Shown: one piece after another, positions 1-10,920 of the stretch
Numbering within the stretch: the stretch's first letter is position 1
How the letters are laid out: each line of letters begins with the position of its first letter
DNA from: Thainema sp.
GTDB taxonomy: Bacteria > Cyanobacteriota > Cyanobacteriia > Phormidesmidales > Phormidesmidaceae
NCBI GenBank assembly: GCA_052168235.1
Contig: JBQLZK010000017.1
Location: forward strand, 44,515 to 108,514
DNA length: 64,000 nt
Reading direction: 5' to 3'
Made by a program: the position numbers and the translations under genes
Notes under the pieces: model-generated
The model's input: only the letters and a program-made list of their open reading frames with translations
What the model was told of the DNA's origin: nothing
Database searches by the model: none

Positions 1-6
1 ATTATT

Positions 7-1533
7 TTGATTTGCATATTCGGTGTTGGTAGCACCTACACCAGTTTCTTTTCTATTTATAATCAAATGTCTGGAGGGCAGCTAGAATATCAGTCTGCTG
101 AGAGAACAGTCACTGCCCACAATCGATTTATTGATGATGTTCGTACAACTCTCAATCGACAAATTAATCAAATAGAGTCAGCAGATAGCCAATTAGCAGA
201 AGTTAACTATTTAAAGCTGGAACTCAGTGAAATAACACAACAACGAGCAGAGTTTGAGCGTTCGGGTCAGAAGGATTCTGCTGGAGAGCTTGCCGGAAGA
301 ATAATTGATATCAAAGCAAGGCTTGAAATGCTTCGCGAAATCGAAAATTCTTATAGGTACAAATTGTATCAAAGCTTGTTAAGACTGAGACGTGAAAATG
401 AGTCTCTTTTAGTAAATAGTTTGAGCACGCAATCATTTATTGAATCTAACTCAAGCCCATCCCAAATCTTTGCCGAAGATGAAAGTCTCTATAAAGATGT
501 ACTTATCACTTTAGATGAGGTTAACAAGGAAATTTCTATCAATTTAGGGGAAGATTATCTAAAGCCAAATTATGATAACTATATAAAAACCCCAATCTTC
601 TTAGTTCCAATTGAAGCAGCAACTGAAGGTGGCAGACAGCTAAGTTTTATCTTCTTTGCCGTGATGATAGCGATCATCATGGAGATTATACCTATTGCTA
701 TAAGCGGAATTCATTTATCTTCGGAAGACGAGTCTAAAAAGTGGACAGAAGATAATTTAGATTCCGATCAAGCTGAGTTAGAGGAGAAGCCCATTACTGA
801 AAGAGACAAAGGCTCTGACCAAATTAAACAGTATAAGACTACTATTAATCAAATTTCTAGTGTGGTTAGCTCATTTGTTTACGATTTCAAAAAAGCGTGG
901 CTAGAAATTTACAATTCTATTACTCAAGGTGTTGGGACAACAGATAATGTCCGGAACATGTATGCGTATAAGTTACTTAGGGCGATGTTGTCTGTTAGGT
1001 TGAATCCGAATGAAAGATACAAATTTTTAATTCTTTTTTATGCAAGTATTGATCGTAGTAACAGAGAAATATCTTTAATAAAGTTTCCTCATGGTGAAGA
1101 CTTATATCGTGATCAAGATTCTAGATTCAGAATAGCAGCTTCTTTAATGCTAGATATCATGCAAGATAAAAGAATTGGATGGCTTAAGAAGAATGGTTCA
1201 GATAAATATGTAAAAAGCGATGACTCGAAATATGATATTCCAGTAGAAGAACCTTCTTTGTTTGATGTGCCTGTAGTAGATATACTAAAAGCTTTTGTGG
1301 CAGAGAAAAGTTTATCAGAGCATCATGGATCTACAGATATGGATCTTAAAGAAAAGAATGAGATCCCAGAAATGCCCAAGTGGAAATTCACAGATGAAAC
1401 TGCTTATCAAGATTTTTTGGATTGGTGGTTTGACATGCAATGTGGGCCAAAAAGTGTTGAACAAAATTCCGAACGACTTCATGCTCAATTAGAGCTTGAA
1501 ATAAATCATGCTGTTGAAAATCATTATGGCTAA
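7..1533 (+). CDS. Hypothetical membrane protein with coiled coil, probably 5'-truncated by the window edge
   Basis: 508-aa AT-rich ORF; hydrophobic segments (start, FIFFAVMIAIIMEIIPIAI) flank a heptad-rich region; no family recognised. Confidence 0.7.
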   Translation: MICIFGVGSTYTSFFSIYNQMSGGQLEYQSAERTVTAHNRFIDDVRTTLNRQINQIESADSQLAEVNYLKLELSEITQQRAEFERSGQKDSAGELAGRIIDIKARLEMLREIENSYRYKLYQSLLRLRRENESLLVNSLSTQSFIESNSSPSQIFAEDESLYKDVLITLDEVNKEISINLGEDYLKPNYDNYIKTPIFLVPIEAATEGGRQLSFIFFAVMIAIIMEIIPIAISGIHLSSEDESKKWTEDNLDSDQAELEEKPITERDKGSDQIKQYKTTINQISSVVSSFVYDFKKAWLEIYNSITQGVGTTDNVRNMYAYKLLRAMLSVRLNPNERYKFLILFYASIDRSNREISLIKFPHGEDLYRDQDSRFRIAASLMLDIMQDKRIGWLKKNGSDKYVKSDDSKYDIPVEEPSLFDVPVVDILKAFVAEKSLSEHHGSTDMDLKEKNEIPEMPKWKFTDETAYQDFLDWWFDMQCGPKSVEQNSERLHAQLELEINHAVENHYG

Positions 1534-1618
1534 GTACTGTTAGGGCTAACATGTCTTTTACTGGAGTTTTCTTTGCTTACAATCAAAGCAAGCGCTGCCA
1601 TCTGTTGAGGTCTGTCCT

Positions 1619-1930
1619 GTGAGTATTAGCTTGGATTTACCCGAAGAACTCGAAACCGAGCTATCCCAAGAAGCCGCTCGGCTCAACATGCCCTTAGCAG
1701 AATATATTTTACGCATCCTCACCGTTCGACCTCCATTGCAAAATCCGCCGAAAAATGGAGCAGAGCTTGTCGCCTACTGGGAAAAGGTCGGTGTGATTGG
1801 CTCCCGTCCGGATATTGAGATTGCTAAAGATAACCCCTGGCAACCCTTATTCGAGAGCTTAGATCAGTTCTCTGATGATTTTATGGTGACCAGAGAACAG
1901 CCACCGCTGGATATTCGAGAGGCTTTCTAG
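1619..1930 (+). CDS. vapB: VapB-like antitoxin, apparently chimeric (RHH-like N-terminus, VapB/VagC-type C-terminus)
   Basis: Abuts vapC; C-terminus KDNPWQPLFESLDQFSDDFMVTREQP resembles VagC/VapB tails. Confidence 0.7.
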   Translation: MSISLDLPEELETELSQEAARLNMPLAEYILRILTVRPPLQNPPKNGAELVAYWEKVGVIGSRPDIEIAKDNPWQPLFESLDQFSDDFMVTREQPPLDIREAF

Positions 1931-2332
1931 ATGCAGTATTTGCTTGACACTAATATCTGCATTTACCTGATCAAGCAAAAACCTCTCAAAGTACTAGCAC
2001 ACTTCCAAAGTCTTGTACCTTCAGATGTTGGCGTTTTCTCAATTACCGTAGCGGAATTAGAATATGGCGTTTGCAAAAGCCAACAGCAAGAGAAAAACCG
2101 TAATGCTCTGATGCAGTTTTTAATTCCCCTCGAAATTGTTGAGTTTGATCAATCTGCTGCAACCATTTACGGCTTTATTAGAAGTGATCTCGAAAGTAGA
2201 GGTTTAGTCATTGGTTCAATGGATATGCTGATAGCAGCTCACGCCTTGAGCCTTGGCGTTACACTTGTCAGCAATAACATTCGAGAATTTTCGCGTATCG
2301 CCAATCTGACCTTAGAAAACTGGGCAGCATGA
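1931..2332 (+). CDS. vapC: PIN-domain toxin VapC
   Basis: YLLDTNICIY, ITVAELEYG, DMLIAAHA and LVSNNIREF PIN motifs. Confidence 0.95.
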   Translation: MQYLLDTNICIYLIKQKPLKVLAHFQSLVPSDVGVFSITVAELEYGVCKSQQQEKNRNALMQFLIPLEIVEFDQSAATIYGFIRSDLESRGLVIGSMDMLIAAHALSLGVTLVSNNIREFSRIANLTLENWAA

Positions 2333-2563
2333 CATGCTGAATACTTTGCTCTGTGATGAATGAAGTGCGATCGCAATTCGCAGATAACGCTTTAACAGAT
2401 TGATGGGATGGAAAGGGCAATCAGGAAGAGCGCGATCGCACTGTCCCCTCACGCGACAGGACTGATTGAAAACTGCGATCGCACTTGCAAATTTTGAACA
2501 GCGAATGTGAGATCTCTTATCTCACCAGGATCGGGAACTCTAAAAGCAACAATGTAGTTTGGA

Positions 2564-3130
2564 GTGGGAAGCGACATGCCTGATATCAGCTTGGATATTG
2601 TAGAGTGGGTCGCAGCTAGTCAACTCCTCATCATTGTCATTTTTGGTTTTTTCTACAGCACGTTTGTTTGGTTAAGACATCGTAATTCTCCATATCTTCG
2701 CCTTTTTAAACAAGGCGATTATATTTCGGGCATTATTGATGATCCCAATGTCATATTCGAATCACCTCCGAAGTGGTTCCGATTTGTTATTGTCCAATAT
2801 GAAACTGATGGTCAAGTTAGCAGTGAATCTTTTTACACGATTCTTGGTGATGTGATAGAAATCAAGTTTTCAGAAGGACAGTACTCCGGTATGGAGGGAT
2901 ATCCATATTCAAACACTGTTTTTGTAGTGGTGGGAATAACTAGTGTAGGTCTGATCTTTCTTTCCAGTTTTTTGACTTCACCAGGTTTAGCACCATTAGT
3001 AGGAGATCAAAGCGTGATAGCACAACAATTAGCTCAAGTAGGAAGAGTGCTATTTTTCTCTGTCTTTCTTTCAGCACCAATCAAGATGATCTTTGATTTT
3101 GCGAACTATGCAAATTTTTCGATAAAATAG
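2564..3130 (+). CDS. Hypothetical membrane protein, about 3 TM segments
   Basis: 188-aa ORF with three hydrophobic stretches. Confidence 0.6.
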   Translation: MGSDMPDISLDIVEWVAASQLLIIVIFGFFYSTFVWLRHRNSPYLRLFKQGDYISGIIDDPNVIFESPPKWFRFVIVQYETDGQVSSESFYTILGDVIEIKFSEGQYSGMEGYPYSNTVFVVVGITSVGLIFLSSFLTSPGLAPLVGDQSVIAQQLAQVGRVLFFSVFLSAPIKMIFDFANYANFSIK

Positions 3131-3211
3131 TAAGATTTTAATTAGTATTTGTGTGCGATTTTCGATTTTTGGCATAAACTCTCCTATGTAAAGCTTGAAT
3201 CGCGTTTAATC

Positions 3212-3709
3212 ATGAAAGGTGAAGTTCTAATCGCGTTTGGCAAAGCAAGATTTTTGGGTAAAGAAGTTGATGATAAAGACCTACCTAATCAAGCTACAAC
3301 GATTGAGGTAAGGTCTAATTTCAACGGACTCACCAGTGATGCTTGGAGATGGCCTACTAATCCTAAGATGGAATTTGCGGATCACCTAGGCAATCAACCT
3401 GAAGGGATATATAGAGTCTTTGGCAAAAGATTGTATCAAAATATTTGCCGTGAATACTTATGCGATTTAATTTTAGGCACCAAACTTAAAAACGTTTGGT
3501 TTTTCCCGAATGAGTTTAAGGACGCTCCGCTATTTGAGCTATTTTATTGTTCTAATGTGGGTCAATGGATTGGTTCTAGAGTAAGCAGAAAGCTACTTCA
3601 GGATATACATATATATGCACCAGTAATTGATGATGATTTGCAATACTTGCAGAAAGTTTTTACCGTAGGTGCAGACTCAGGATTTATTTATCTGTCTGAT
3701 GAGCATTAA
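3212..3709 (+). CDS. Hypothetical protein
   Basis: Long AT-rich ORF; ATG 3212 preferred over GTG 3149. Confidence 0.55.
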   Translation: MKGEVLIAFGKARFLGKEVDDKDLPNQATTIEVRSNFNGLTSDAWRWPTNPKMEFADHLGNQPEGIYRVFGKRLYQNICREYLCDLILGTKLKNVWFFPNEFKDAPLFELFYCSNVGQWIGSRVSRKLLQDIHIYAPVIDDDLQYLQKVFTVGADSGFIYLSDEH

Positions 3710-3780
3710 CACAAGATTCAACTATCTTTTGAACGTAAGTCTATTGAGGCTAAAGATATTGAAATTCTATTGTCAAAATT

Positions 3781-4350
3781 CTATCGTCTTAGCAGTCGTC
3801 TTATTGCGATCGCAACATCTGGAAAAGCTAAAGGACAAATTTCATCATCAATCAAAGTGCACTTTTCTCGATAGTTATCATCACTTGGATCTCGAAAAAC
3901 CACGAGTTCCATTCGCTTTAGATTAATTACCCAATACTCCAAAATGCCTGCTTGAGCATAGATTTTAGGTTTAACTTCTAGATCTTTTGCAAGGCTAGAA
4001 TGTGAATATTCAACCAGCCAAAAAATATTTTCAGGATAGGGATGATGCTCCAGATAGACATCTCCTAAATCGTGAACCACGGCAATATCCGGTTCCGGTT
4101 CCGATTGATTGGGCAGAGTAATTGGCTTACTTTCGCGAACTTTGGCCCGACCGTGCAATAACTCACGAAAATAATCAGCCGCATCGCTGCTTAAATGAGC
4201 GTGGGGTTCGCCTTCGGGGGACATTTCAACAATTTCTCCATTCAGCAACTCCACATGGCGATCATCCAAGATACCCGCCTTGATCATTTGATGATAGTCA
4301 TCAAGCGACCATTTGCTGACAACAATGGCTGAGGAATTGGGTCGATTCAT
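3781..4350 (-). CDS. Uma2 family (PD-(D/E)XK-like) endonuclease
   Basis: VELLNGEIVEMSP, SEPEPDIAV, LVEYS, YAQAGILEYWVINL. Confidence 0.92.
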   Translation of the reverse strand: MNRPNSSAIVVSKWSLDDYHQMIKAGILDDRHVELLNGEIVEMSPEGEPHAHLSSDAADYFRELLHGRAKVRESKPITLPNQSEPEPDIAVVHDLGDVYLEHHPYPENIFWLVEYSHSSLAKDLEVKPKIYAQAGILEYWVINLKRMELVVFRDPSDDNYREKCTLIDDEICPLAFPDVAIAIRRLLRR

Positions 4351-4668
4351 CAGAAATTCCTCTACTGCACGAATGATTTGACTCTATTCTAAAAAGTTTT
4401 GGCTAACCCCAGCATCGGGAATTGTGATAGTTGGCCAAATGAGGAGGTGAGGAAGTGCAATAGAGTGCGATCGCACTTTCTTATACATTCCCGCTTGTCA
4501 GACAAAGGATTTTCGCGAAAGATTAGCTACAGAACACAGATCGCTAATATGGTTTTATTGTCAGGTTAGGGGCACAAGCCATCCGTAGCCCAGAGCATAC
4601 GCCGCTGGTGCCGTGGCTGCCGTAGACTGTTTTCTGTTGGAACTAGGGAATAACGAGAGAGAACTGCC

Positions 4669-7353
4669 GTGAGTAACAGTTTTAACGCTAAAAAAACGCT
4701 GTCTGTCAACGGGAAAGACTATCAGATTTACAGTCTGCCCAACGCGGCTGAGAAATTAGGCGATATCAGTCGCTTGCCATATAGCCTGAAAGTTTTGCTA
4801 GAGAACCTGCTGCGCAACGAAGACGGTCGCACCGTATCTGCTGATGATGTCCAGGCCGTTGCCGACTGGCTGAAGACCCAATCGTCCACCCGTGAGATTG
4901 CCTATCGGCCTGCGCGAGTGCTGATGCAGGACTTCACGGGTGTTCCAGCCGTGGTAGATTTGGCGGCGATGCGGGATGCCATTGTCAATTTAGGTGGCGA
5001 TCCGAAGAAGATTAATCCTCTTTCGCCCGTAGACTTGGTGATTGACCACTCGGTGATGGTGGATTCTTTCGGTTCCGCCAACGCGTTCTTAGAGAACGTT
5101 AAATATGAGTTTCAGCGCAACAAGGAACGCTACGCCTTTCTGCGCTGGGGTCAAAATGCGTTTGACAACTTCCGCGTGGTGCCACCGGGAACCGGAATTT
5201 GCCACCAGGTCAACTTGGAGTACTTGGCTCAGGTGGTTTGGACAAAAGAGCAAAACGGCGAAACCGTTGCCTATCCTGATACGCTGGTGGGCACCGACAG
5301 CCACACGACGATGATTAATGGTTTGTCCGTCCTCGGCTGGGGCGTCGGCGGGATTGAAGCGGAAGCGGCGATGCTGGGACAGCCGATTTCCATGCTGATT
5401 CCGGAAGTGGTGGGCTTTAAGCTGACGGGTCAACTGCCGGAAGGGGCGACTGCAACCGACTTGGTACTGACCGTCACCCAAATGCTGCGGCAGAAGGGCG
5501 TTGTCGGCAAGTTCGTTGAATTCTATGGCCCTGGCTTGTCTCACCTGACCCTGGCCGATCGCGCCACCATCAGCAACATGGCTCCAGAATATGGCGCAAC
5601 CTGCGGCTTCTTCCCGATTGATGACGAGACGATTACCTATCTGAAGTTCACGGGTCGGGATGCCGATCGGATTGCTCTGGTTGAAGCCTATGCTAAAGAG
5701 CAGGGTATGTGGCGCTATGACGATACGCCCGATCCAATCTTTACCGATTCCCTAGAGCTGGATCTCTCGACTGTTGAGCCTTCCCTAGCTGGGCCAAAGC
5801 GTCCCCAGGATCGAGTCCTTTTGTCGAATGTAGCCGCTCAGTTCAAGGAGAGCGACTTTCCGACGTTCAGTAACCTGTCCTACGACCAACAGCGGTCAGT
5901 GGCAGTGGCAGGGACAGATTATGAACTGAGCGATGGCGATGTGGTGATTGCGGCGATCACAAGCTGCACAAACACCTCCAATCCTTCCGTCATGATTGGC
6001 GCGGGTCTGGTTGCTCGCAAAGCGCTAGAAAAAGGCTTGACCGTGAAGCCCTGGGTGAAAACCTCTCTCGCTCCCGGTAGTCAGGTAGTTTCGGATTATC
6101 TAGAGCGGGCAGGTCTGCAAACCGATTTGGATCAACTGGGCTTTAACCTGGTTGGCTACGGCTGCACTACCTGTATTGGTAACTCTGGGCCATTACCTGA
6201 GCCAATTGCCAAAGCGATTGACGAAAAAGATCTGGTGGTTGGCGCGGTTCTCTCTGGCAACCGCAACTTCGAAGGTCGGGTTAGTCCGCAGACCAAGTGT
6301 AACTATCTGGCCTCGCCACCGCTGGTCGTTGCATATGCGATCGCAGGTAACCTATCCATTGACCTTAAAACCGAACCTATTGGCCACGACAAAGACGGCA
6401 ATCCGGTTTACCTGAAGGACATTTGGCCGACGACAGCAGAGATCAAGGCGGTGATTGAAGAAGCGCTGACGCCGGAAATGTACCAAAGCCGCTACGGCAA
6501 TGTGTTCAGCGGTAACGAAGAGTGGCGCAGCATCGACACGGTTGATAGCCAAACCTACGCTTGGAAATCCGACAGTACCTACGTTCAGAATCCGCCGTTC
6601 TTTGAAGGGATGGCCGCAGAGGTCAATGGTGGTGGCTTTGCCGAGATTAAGAATGCTCGTCCGCTGGCGATTCTGGGCGACAGCATCACCACCGACCACA
6701 TTTCTCCGGCAGGCGCAATTAAGTCTGATAGTCCAGCAGGTAGCTATCTCACTGACAATAACGTGGTGCCGCTCGACTTCAACTCCTACGGTTCCCGTCG
6801 CGGCAACCACGAGGTGATGATGCGCGGCACCTTTGCCAACATTCGCCTGAAAAATGAGATGGTGCCCGGTTCCTCCGGTGGCGTAACTAAGTACATGCCT
6901 GCGGGTGAAGAAATGTCGATTTACGATGCGGCGATGAAGTACGTGGCCGAAGCTACACCGCTAGTCGTGATTGCAGGCAAGGAATACGGTACAGGTTCCT
7001 CCCGTGACTGGGCGGCAAAAGGGACTCGTCTGCTGGGTGTAAAAGCGGTTGTGGCCGAGAGCTATGAGCGGATTCACCGTTCCAACCTAATCGGCATGGG
7101 CGTTCTACCGCTCCAGTTTCAGGCGGGTACTAATCGCCAAACGCTGGGGCTAGACGGCACAGAAACGTTTGACATCACCGGCATCAGTGGCGGCATCAAG
7201 CCCGGCATGACCGTGACGATGACGGTTCACGCGGCAGATGGTTCAACCCAAAACGTAGAGCTACTCTGTCGGATCGATACCGAAGACGAAGTGGAATACT
7301 ACCGCAACGGCGGCATTCTTCATTACGTTCTGCGCCAGTTAGCTACGGCATAG
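4669..7353 (+). CDS. acnA: Aconitate hydratase A
   Basis: [61 protein letters not shown]. Confidence 0.97.
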   Translation: MSNSFNAKKTLSVNGKDYQIYSLPNAAEKLGDISRLPYSLKVLLENLLRNEDGRTVSADDVQAVADWLKTQSSTREIAYRPARVLMQDFTGVPAVVDLAAMRDAIVNLGGDPKKINPLSPVDLVIDHSVMVDSFGSANAFLENVKYEFQRNKERYAFLRWGQNAFDNFRVVPPGTGICHQVNLEYLAQVVWTKEQNGETVAYPDTLVGTDSHTTMINGLSVLGWGVGGIEAEAAMLGQPISMLIPEVVGFKLTGQLPEGATATDLVLTVTQMLRQKGVVGKFVEFYGPGLSHLTLADRATISNMAPEYGATCGFFPIDDETITYLKFTGRDADRIALVEAYAKEQGMWRYDDTPDPIFTDSLELDLSTVEPSLAGPKRPQDRVLLSNVAAQFKESDFPTFSNLSYDQQRSVAVAGTDYELSDGDVVIAAITSCTNTSNPSVMIGAGLVARKALEKGLTVKPWVKTSLAPGSQVVSDYLERAGLQTDLDQLGFNLVGYGCTTCIGNSGPLPEPIAKAIDEKDLVVGAVLSGNRNFEGRVSPQTKCNYLASPPLVVAYAIAGNLSIDLKTEPIGHDKDGNPVYLKDIWPTTAEIKAVIEEALTPEMYQSRYGNVFSGNEEWRSIDTVDSQTYAWKSDSTYVQNPPFFEGMAAEVNGGGFAEIKNARPLAILGDSITTDHISPAGAIKSDSPAGSYLTDNNVVPLDFNSYGSRRGNHEVMMRGTFANIRLKNEMVPGSSGGVTKYMPAGEEMSIYDAAMKYVAEATPLVVIAGKEYGTGSSRDWAAKGTRLLGVKAVVAESYERIHRSNLIGMGVLPLQFQAGTNRQTLGLDGTETFDITGISGGIKPGMTVTMTVHAADGSTQNVELLCRIDTEDEVEYYRNGGILHYVLRQLATA

Positions 7354-7399
7354 CAACCAACATCAACTCCAATTCCATAGCGGATAAGCTAGCGTAAAC

Positions 7400-7429
7400 G
7401 CAAAAAGCGCCCCAATGGGCGCTTTTTGC
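7400..7429. terminator. Bidirectional intrinsic terminator
   Basis: GCAAAAAGCGCCC-CAAT-GGGCGCTTTTTGC between convergent genes. Confidence 0.8.
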
Positions 7430-7454
7430 ATTATTCAGCAACCTGGTAATCAGA

Positions 7455-7940
7455 CTAACGAAGCACGTTGGCGGCTTCCTCTAGCCCCAAGTCAAAGGTG
7501 ATTTCGTGGATGCCAGGAATTTCTTTGATGTCATCCACCACATTACGGGCAACCTCTTTATTCTCCACGGTACCGGAGATGCGAACCGATCCGTTGGATA
7601 CTGCAACCGCTAAGTCATCGCGCACGTCCTTAATGCGGCTCTTCAATGTTTCGTCAGAGATAGTTCTACCACCCAACTGATCATTGGCATATTCAATGCC
7701 GCTGTATTGGCTACCCGGAGAGGTTTCCTTCAGTTGTTCTTGTGGAACCGCAGGATTTTCAACAATACCCTTGTCAGATGCAGCCTGAGCCGCGATCGCA
7801 GGAGTACTGCTCAATCCCAATAGGCCAATCGCAAGTGCCAATGCGATCACGGTATCCTTGAGGCGCGATCGCAGAAGGCCAACTGTCCAAAATGCAGCAA
7901 GGGCAATAAGACTGACTATTAAAACAGTATCAAAGTTCAT
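7455..7940 (-). CDS. BON-domain exported/membrane protein
   Basis: Hydrophobic N-terminus; C-terminal SDETLKSRIK..LAVAVSNGSVRISGTV..IPGIHEI BON pattern. Confidence 0.75.
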   Translation of the reverse strand: MNFDTVLIVSLIALAAFWTVGLLRSRLKDTVIALALAIGLLGLSSTPAIAAQAASDKGIVENPAVPQEQLKETSPGSQYSGIEYANDQLGGRTISDETLKSRIKDVRDDLAVAVSNGSVRISGTVENKEVARNVVDDIKEIPGIHEITFDLGLEEAANVLR

Positions 7941-9044
7941 AAGTTAGGATTTCCTTTTTCGAATCAATGTTTAGCAATATGCGTTAATAGATGCAACAAA
8001 CAAACTGCTGATTTAGTTTGTCTGCTGAGATGCAAATTGCTCGACTTCTGGTCAATGTGAAACAACACAAAATCGCGCAATGTCTATTTGCAAATCCATG
8101 CGTACGTATGGATTTAGAATGCTTCATAAAAGTAGCAGTATAAAAACAAGCAGTATTGCTAACTCATTACTGACGAACCTAAACTCGTGTCGAATCAAAG
8201 CTCGCGCATGTACATCATAGATTGCGCTATATTTTGCTGTCTTCAAACTAAAAGTCCAGCTTTAAGAGTAGGGAATAAATGCAATTTACGAATCCCACTG
8301 TAGGCTCAGTCTTGATCCCGAACCTGATCCCAACCCGTTCTAGCGACATAGTTCATCAGATAGAGCAAAAAGATGTACTAGGTGCTGCACATTACATTAT
8401 GCATATTGGATGACCTAATTTGGTTCAGATTTCATCTCTTGAGTTAATTTATAAATAGTTAATCGCTGCAAATATAGAAGTACATTTGAAAACCGCTGCA
8501 AAGGGATGAATTAAAGGTATAAATTTGATCCTTGCATTCTGCACTTCAATCAAATTTGCATTAGTACAAGACAGCTAAAAAACTTAACAATAAGTGAGTC
8601 AAAAACTTGACGCCTCAACTTAATTAATTCCTGGAAAGTAGGCGGTTGATCTGTTTTTCCATGTATTTATCAACCTGTATCAGCCATGAAGCGTCTACAT
8701 CAACTCATCAACTCATTACAGCCACAAACCGAAGAAAAGACTGGAATTGAGGCCTTAGCCCAAATTTCACAAATTGATTTAGCCCAAGGTGGTGTAATTT
8801 ATCCTAAAATTCAATTTCAGTCTCGATCACGCCCGAGGCAACGTCGAGGTTCGCAACGTCAGACAGAATAGCTGTAAAGCATGAGGCTTCACGCTTTGCA
8901 ACCTACGGCTTACCAAGACCGCAATTAGCTTAATCACTGTCCCCACTTGCCCCAACAGCGTGGGGGTATCCCGCTATTGCAATCTGTTTGTTTCTGTCTT
9001 CTCATTGAATTTTTCTGCTACAGCGTAGGTGCTTAAGTAAAACA

Positions 9045-9091
9045 AGCATTGTCGGGAAAGCCATACTCTATATGGCTTTCCCGACAATGCT
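9045..9091. repeat. Perfect 21-bp inverted repeat hairpin
   Basis: AGCATTGTCGGGAAAGCCATA-CTCTA-TATGGCTTTCCCGACAATGCT. Confidence 0.85.
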
Positions 9092-9476
9092 ATGTTCAAT
9101 TGGCGGGCGTAGTGCCATAAGTTGCTGCTTACACACTTTCTTAAACAACTTTTCTAGATCTCGGAACAACCCTTCCTAAATCCCTGGGTTTTGGGCTAAT
9201 TTTCTCTTTTAATTGCTATGACTACTCATAGGACTTGCAACGCCAGAATCAAGTCAAAAAGTTTTGTGTATCAACAGCAGCCAAAATAAAGAGAAATATA
9301 TCTTTACCAAACTCAATATTTGGAGTTGATCTTGTTGAATTCGGATCCAAACATTTAAGGTTGATAAACCATTCGATAGTTTACGAAGTACGTCTATCGT
9401 GTGAAAAATCCGGCATTTTGGTCTATTTTGGCGTGATAGAGCCGTGTTACCAGTTGTCGTGATATAGGGCAAAGAA

Positions 9477-10889
9477 ATGGGCAAAGTCTTAATTAAAAAT
9501 GGTCGCATTATCACGGCAGTTGATGACTACATCGCAGACATTCTGATCGTAGACGAAACCATCGAAGCAATTGCTCGTGAGCTAACGGTTGACGATGCTG
9601 AAGTGCATGATGCCAGCGGTTGCATAGTCATGCCAGGTGGCATTGATGTTCATACTCACATGGAAGGGCCGCAGGGCATTGCCGTTAACTGCGACGACTA
9701 CGAATCGGGCACAGTTGCTGCCGCCTTTGGCGGTACGACAACGATTGTGGACTTTGCTTATCAGGAAAAAGGAGATGGAGCGAAAAAAACGCTGGATGAT
9801 CGTCTAGCGTTGGCCGATCCGCAGGTGTGTATTGACTACAGCTTTCATCTGATTCTGGTAGACGTCAATAAAGATATCTTGGCCGAACTGCCGGACATTA
9901 TTAACCGGGACGGCATCTCCAGCTTCAAAATGTACATGGCCTATCCCGATATTCTCATGGTGGATGATGCGGCCATCTTTCGCACGATGACGACTGTTGG
10001 GCAGCACGGCGGCATGGTCAATCTCCATGCCGAAAATGGCTATGTCATTCAGGCCTTAATTGAAGATGCGCTAGAACAGGGCAACACCTCACCGAAGTAT
10101 CATATGCTGACTCGTCCCCGCTTGATGGAGGCCGAAGCGACCCATCGCGCCATTCGAATTGCCGAGCTAGTGGATATTCCGGTTTACATCGTGCATTTAT
10201 CTGCACCGGAAGCGTTAGACAGCGTTGTTGCCGCTCGCGATCGCGGAATTCCAGCCTTTGCCGAAACCTGCCCTCACTACCTATTTTTAGATGACCGAGA
10301 GTACGATCATCCTGGATTCGAATCCGCCAAGTACGTAATGACGCCACCGTTACGGGAGCATCACTGCCACCATGCTCTCTGGCGTGGCTTGCGGTTTGAC
10401 CAGCTGCAAATTGTCGCTACTGATCACTGCCCATTTTGCCTCAATGAACGGTCAATGGGACTGAAATATTCCAAGGCGCTAGGTAAAGACAATTTCAACA
10501 AAATTCCCAATGGCGCACCGGGGGTTGAAACTCGCTTAGTGCTGCTATATGACGGCGGAGTGAAAACCGGCAAAATTACGCTCAATCGGTTTGTTCAGCT
10601 CGTTTCAACCGCCCCAGCTAAGATGTTTGGCCTATTTCCCCGCAAAGGCACGATTGCCGTGGGCAGCGACGCTGACATCGTTTTATTTAATCCCAATGCA
10701 ACACAGGTGCTAAGCGCTGCAACCCACCACTCCCGAGTGGACTACAGTATGTTTGAAGGACGAGAAGTGACGGGTAAAGTCGAAAAAGTGTTTCTACGGG
10801 GGAAACTGCTCGTAGATGGCGAACAGTGGCACGGCGAGAAAGGCTATGGCAGCTTTCTAAAGCGATCTGCCTCGGGGCGTGTGCTGTAA
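9477..10889 (+). CDS. hydA: Dihydropyrimidinase / D-hydantoinase
   Basis: PGGIDVHTH, GGTTTIVDF, SFKMYMAY, HAENG, ETCPHYL, TDHCPF, IPNGAPGVE. Confidence 0.92.
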   Translation: MGKVLIKNGRIITAVDDYIADILIVDETIEAIARELTVDDAEVHDASGCIVMPGGIDVHTHMEGPQGIAVNCDDYESGTVAAAFGGTTTIVDFAYQEKGDGAKKTLDDRLALADPQVCIDYSFHLILVDVNKDILAELPDIINRDGISSFKMYMAYPDILMVDDAAIFRTMTTVGQHGGMVNLHAENGYVIQALIEDALEQGNTSPKYHMLTRPRLMEAEATHRAIRIAELVDIPVYIVHLSAPEALDSVVAARDRGIPAFAETCPHYLFLDDREYDHPGFESAKYVMTPPLREHHCHHALWRGLRFDQLQIVATDHCPFCLNERSMGLKYSKALGKDNFNKIPNGAPGVETRLVLLYDGGVKTGKITLNRFVQLVSTAPAKMFGLFPRKGTIAVGSDADIVLFNPNATQVLSAATHHSRVDYSMFEGREVTGKVEKVFLRGKLLVDGEQWHGEKGYGSFLKRSASGRVL

Positions 10890-10920
10890 ACTGCAAGCCA
10901 GCTCAATTTCAAGAAATGTC

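Noticed and set aside
2368..2483. Clustered GCGATCGC sites as a specific recombination locus
   Set aside because: HIP1 is abundant throughout the window, so local clusters are expected
1..4400. Integron cassette array
   Set aside because: No integrase and no convincing attC sites between the co-oriented genes
5089..6817. Overlapping alternative-frame ORFs inside acnA (and similar ones in other genes)
   Set aside because: Shadow ORFs of strongly supported genes with no recognisable motifs
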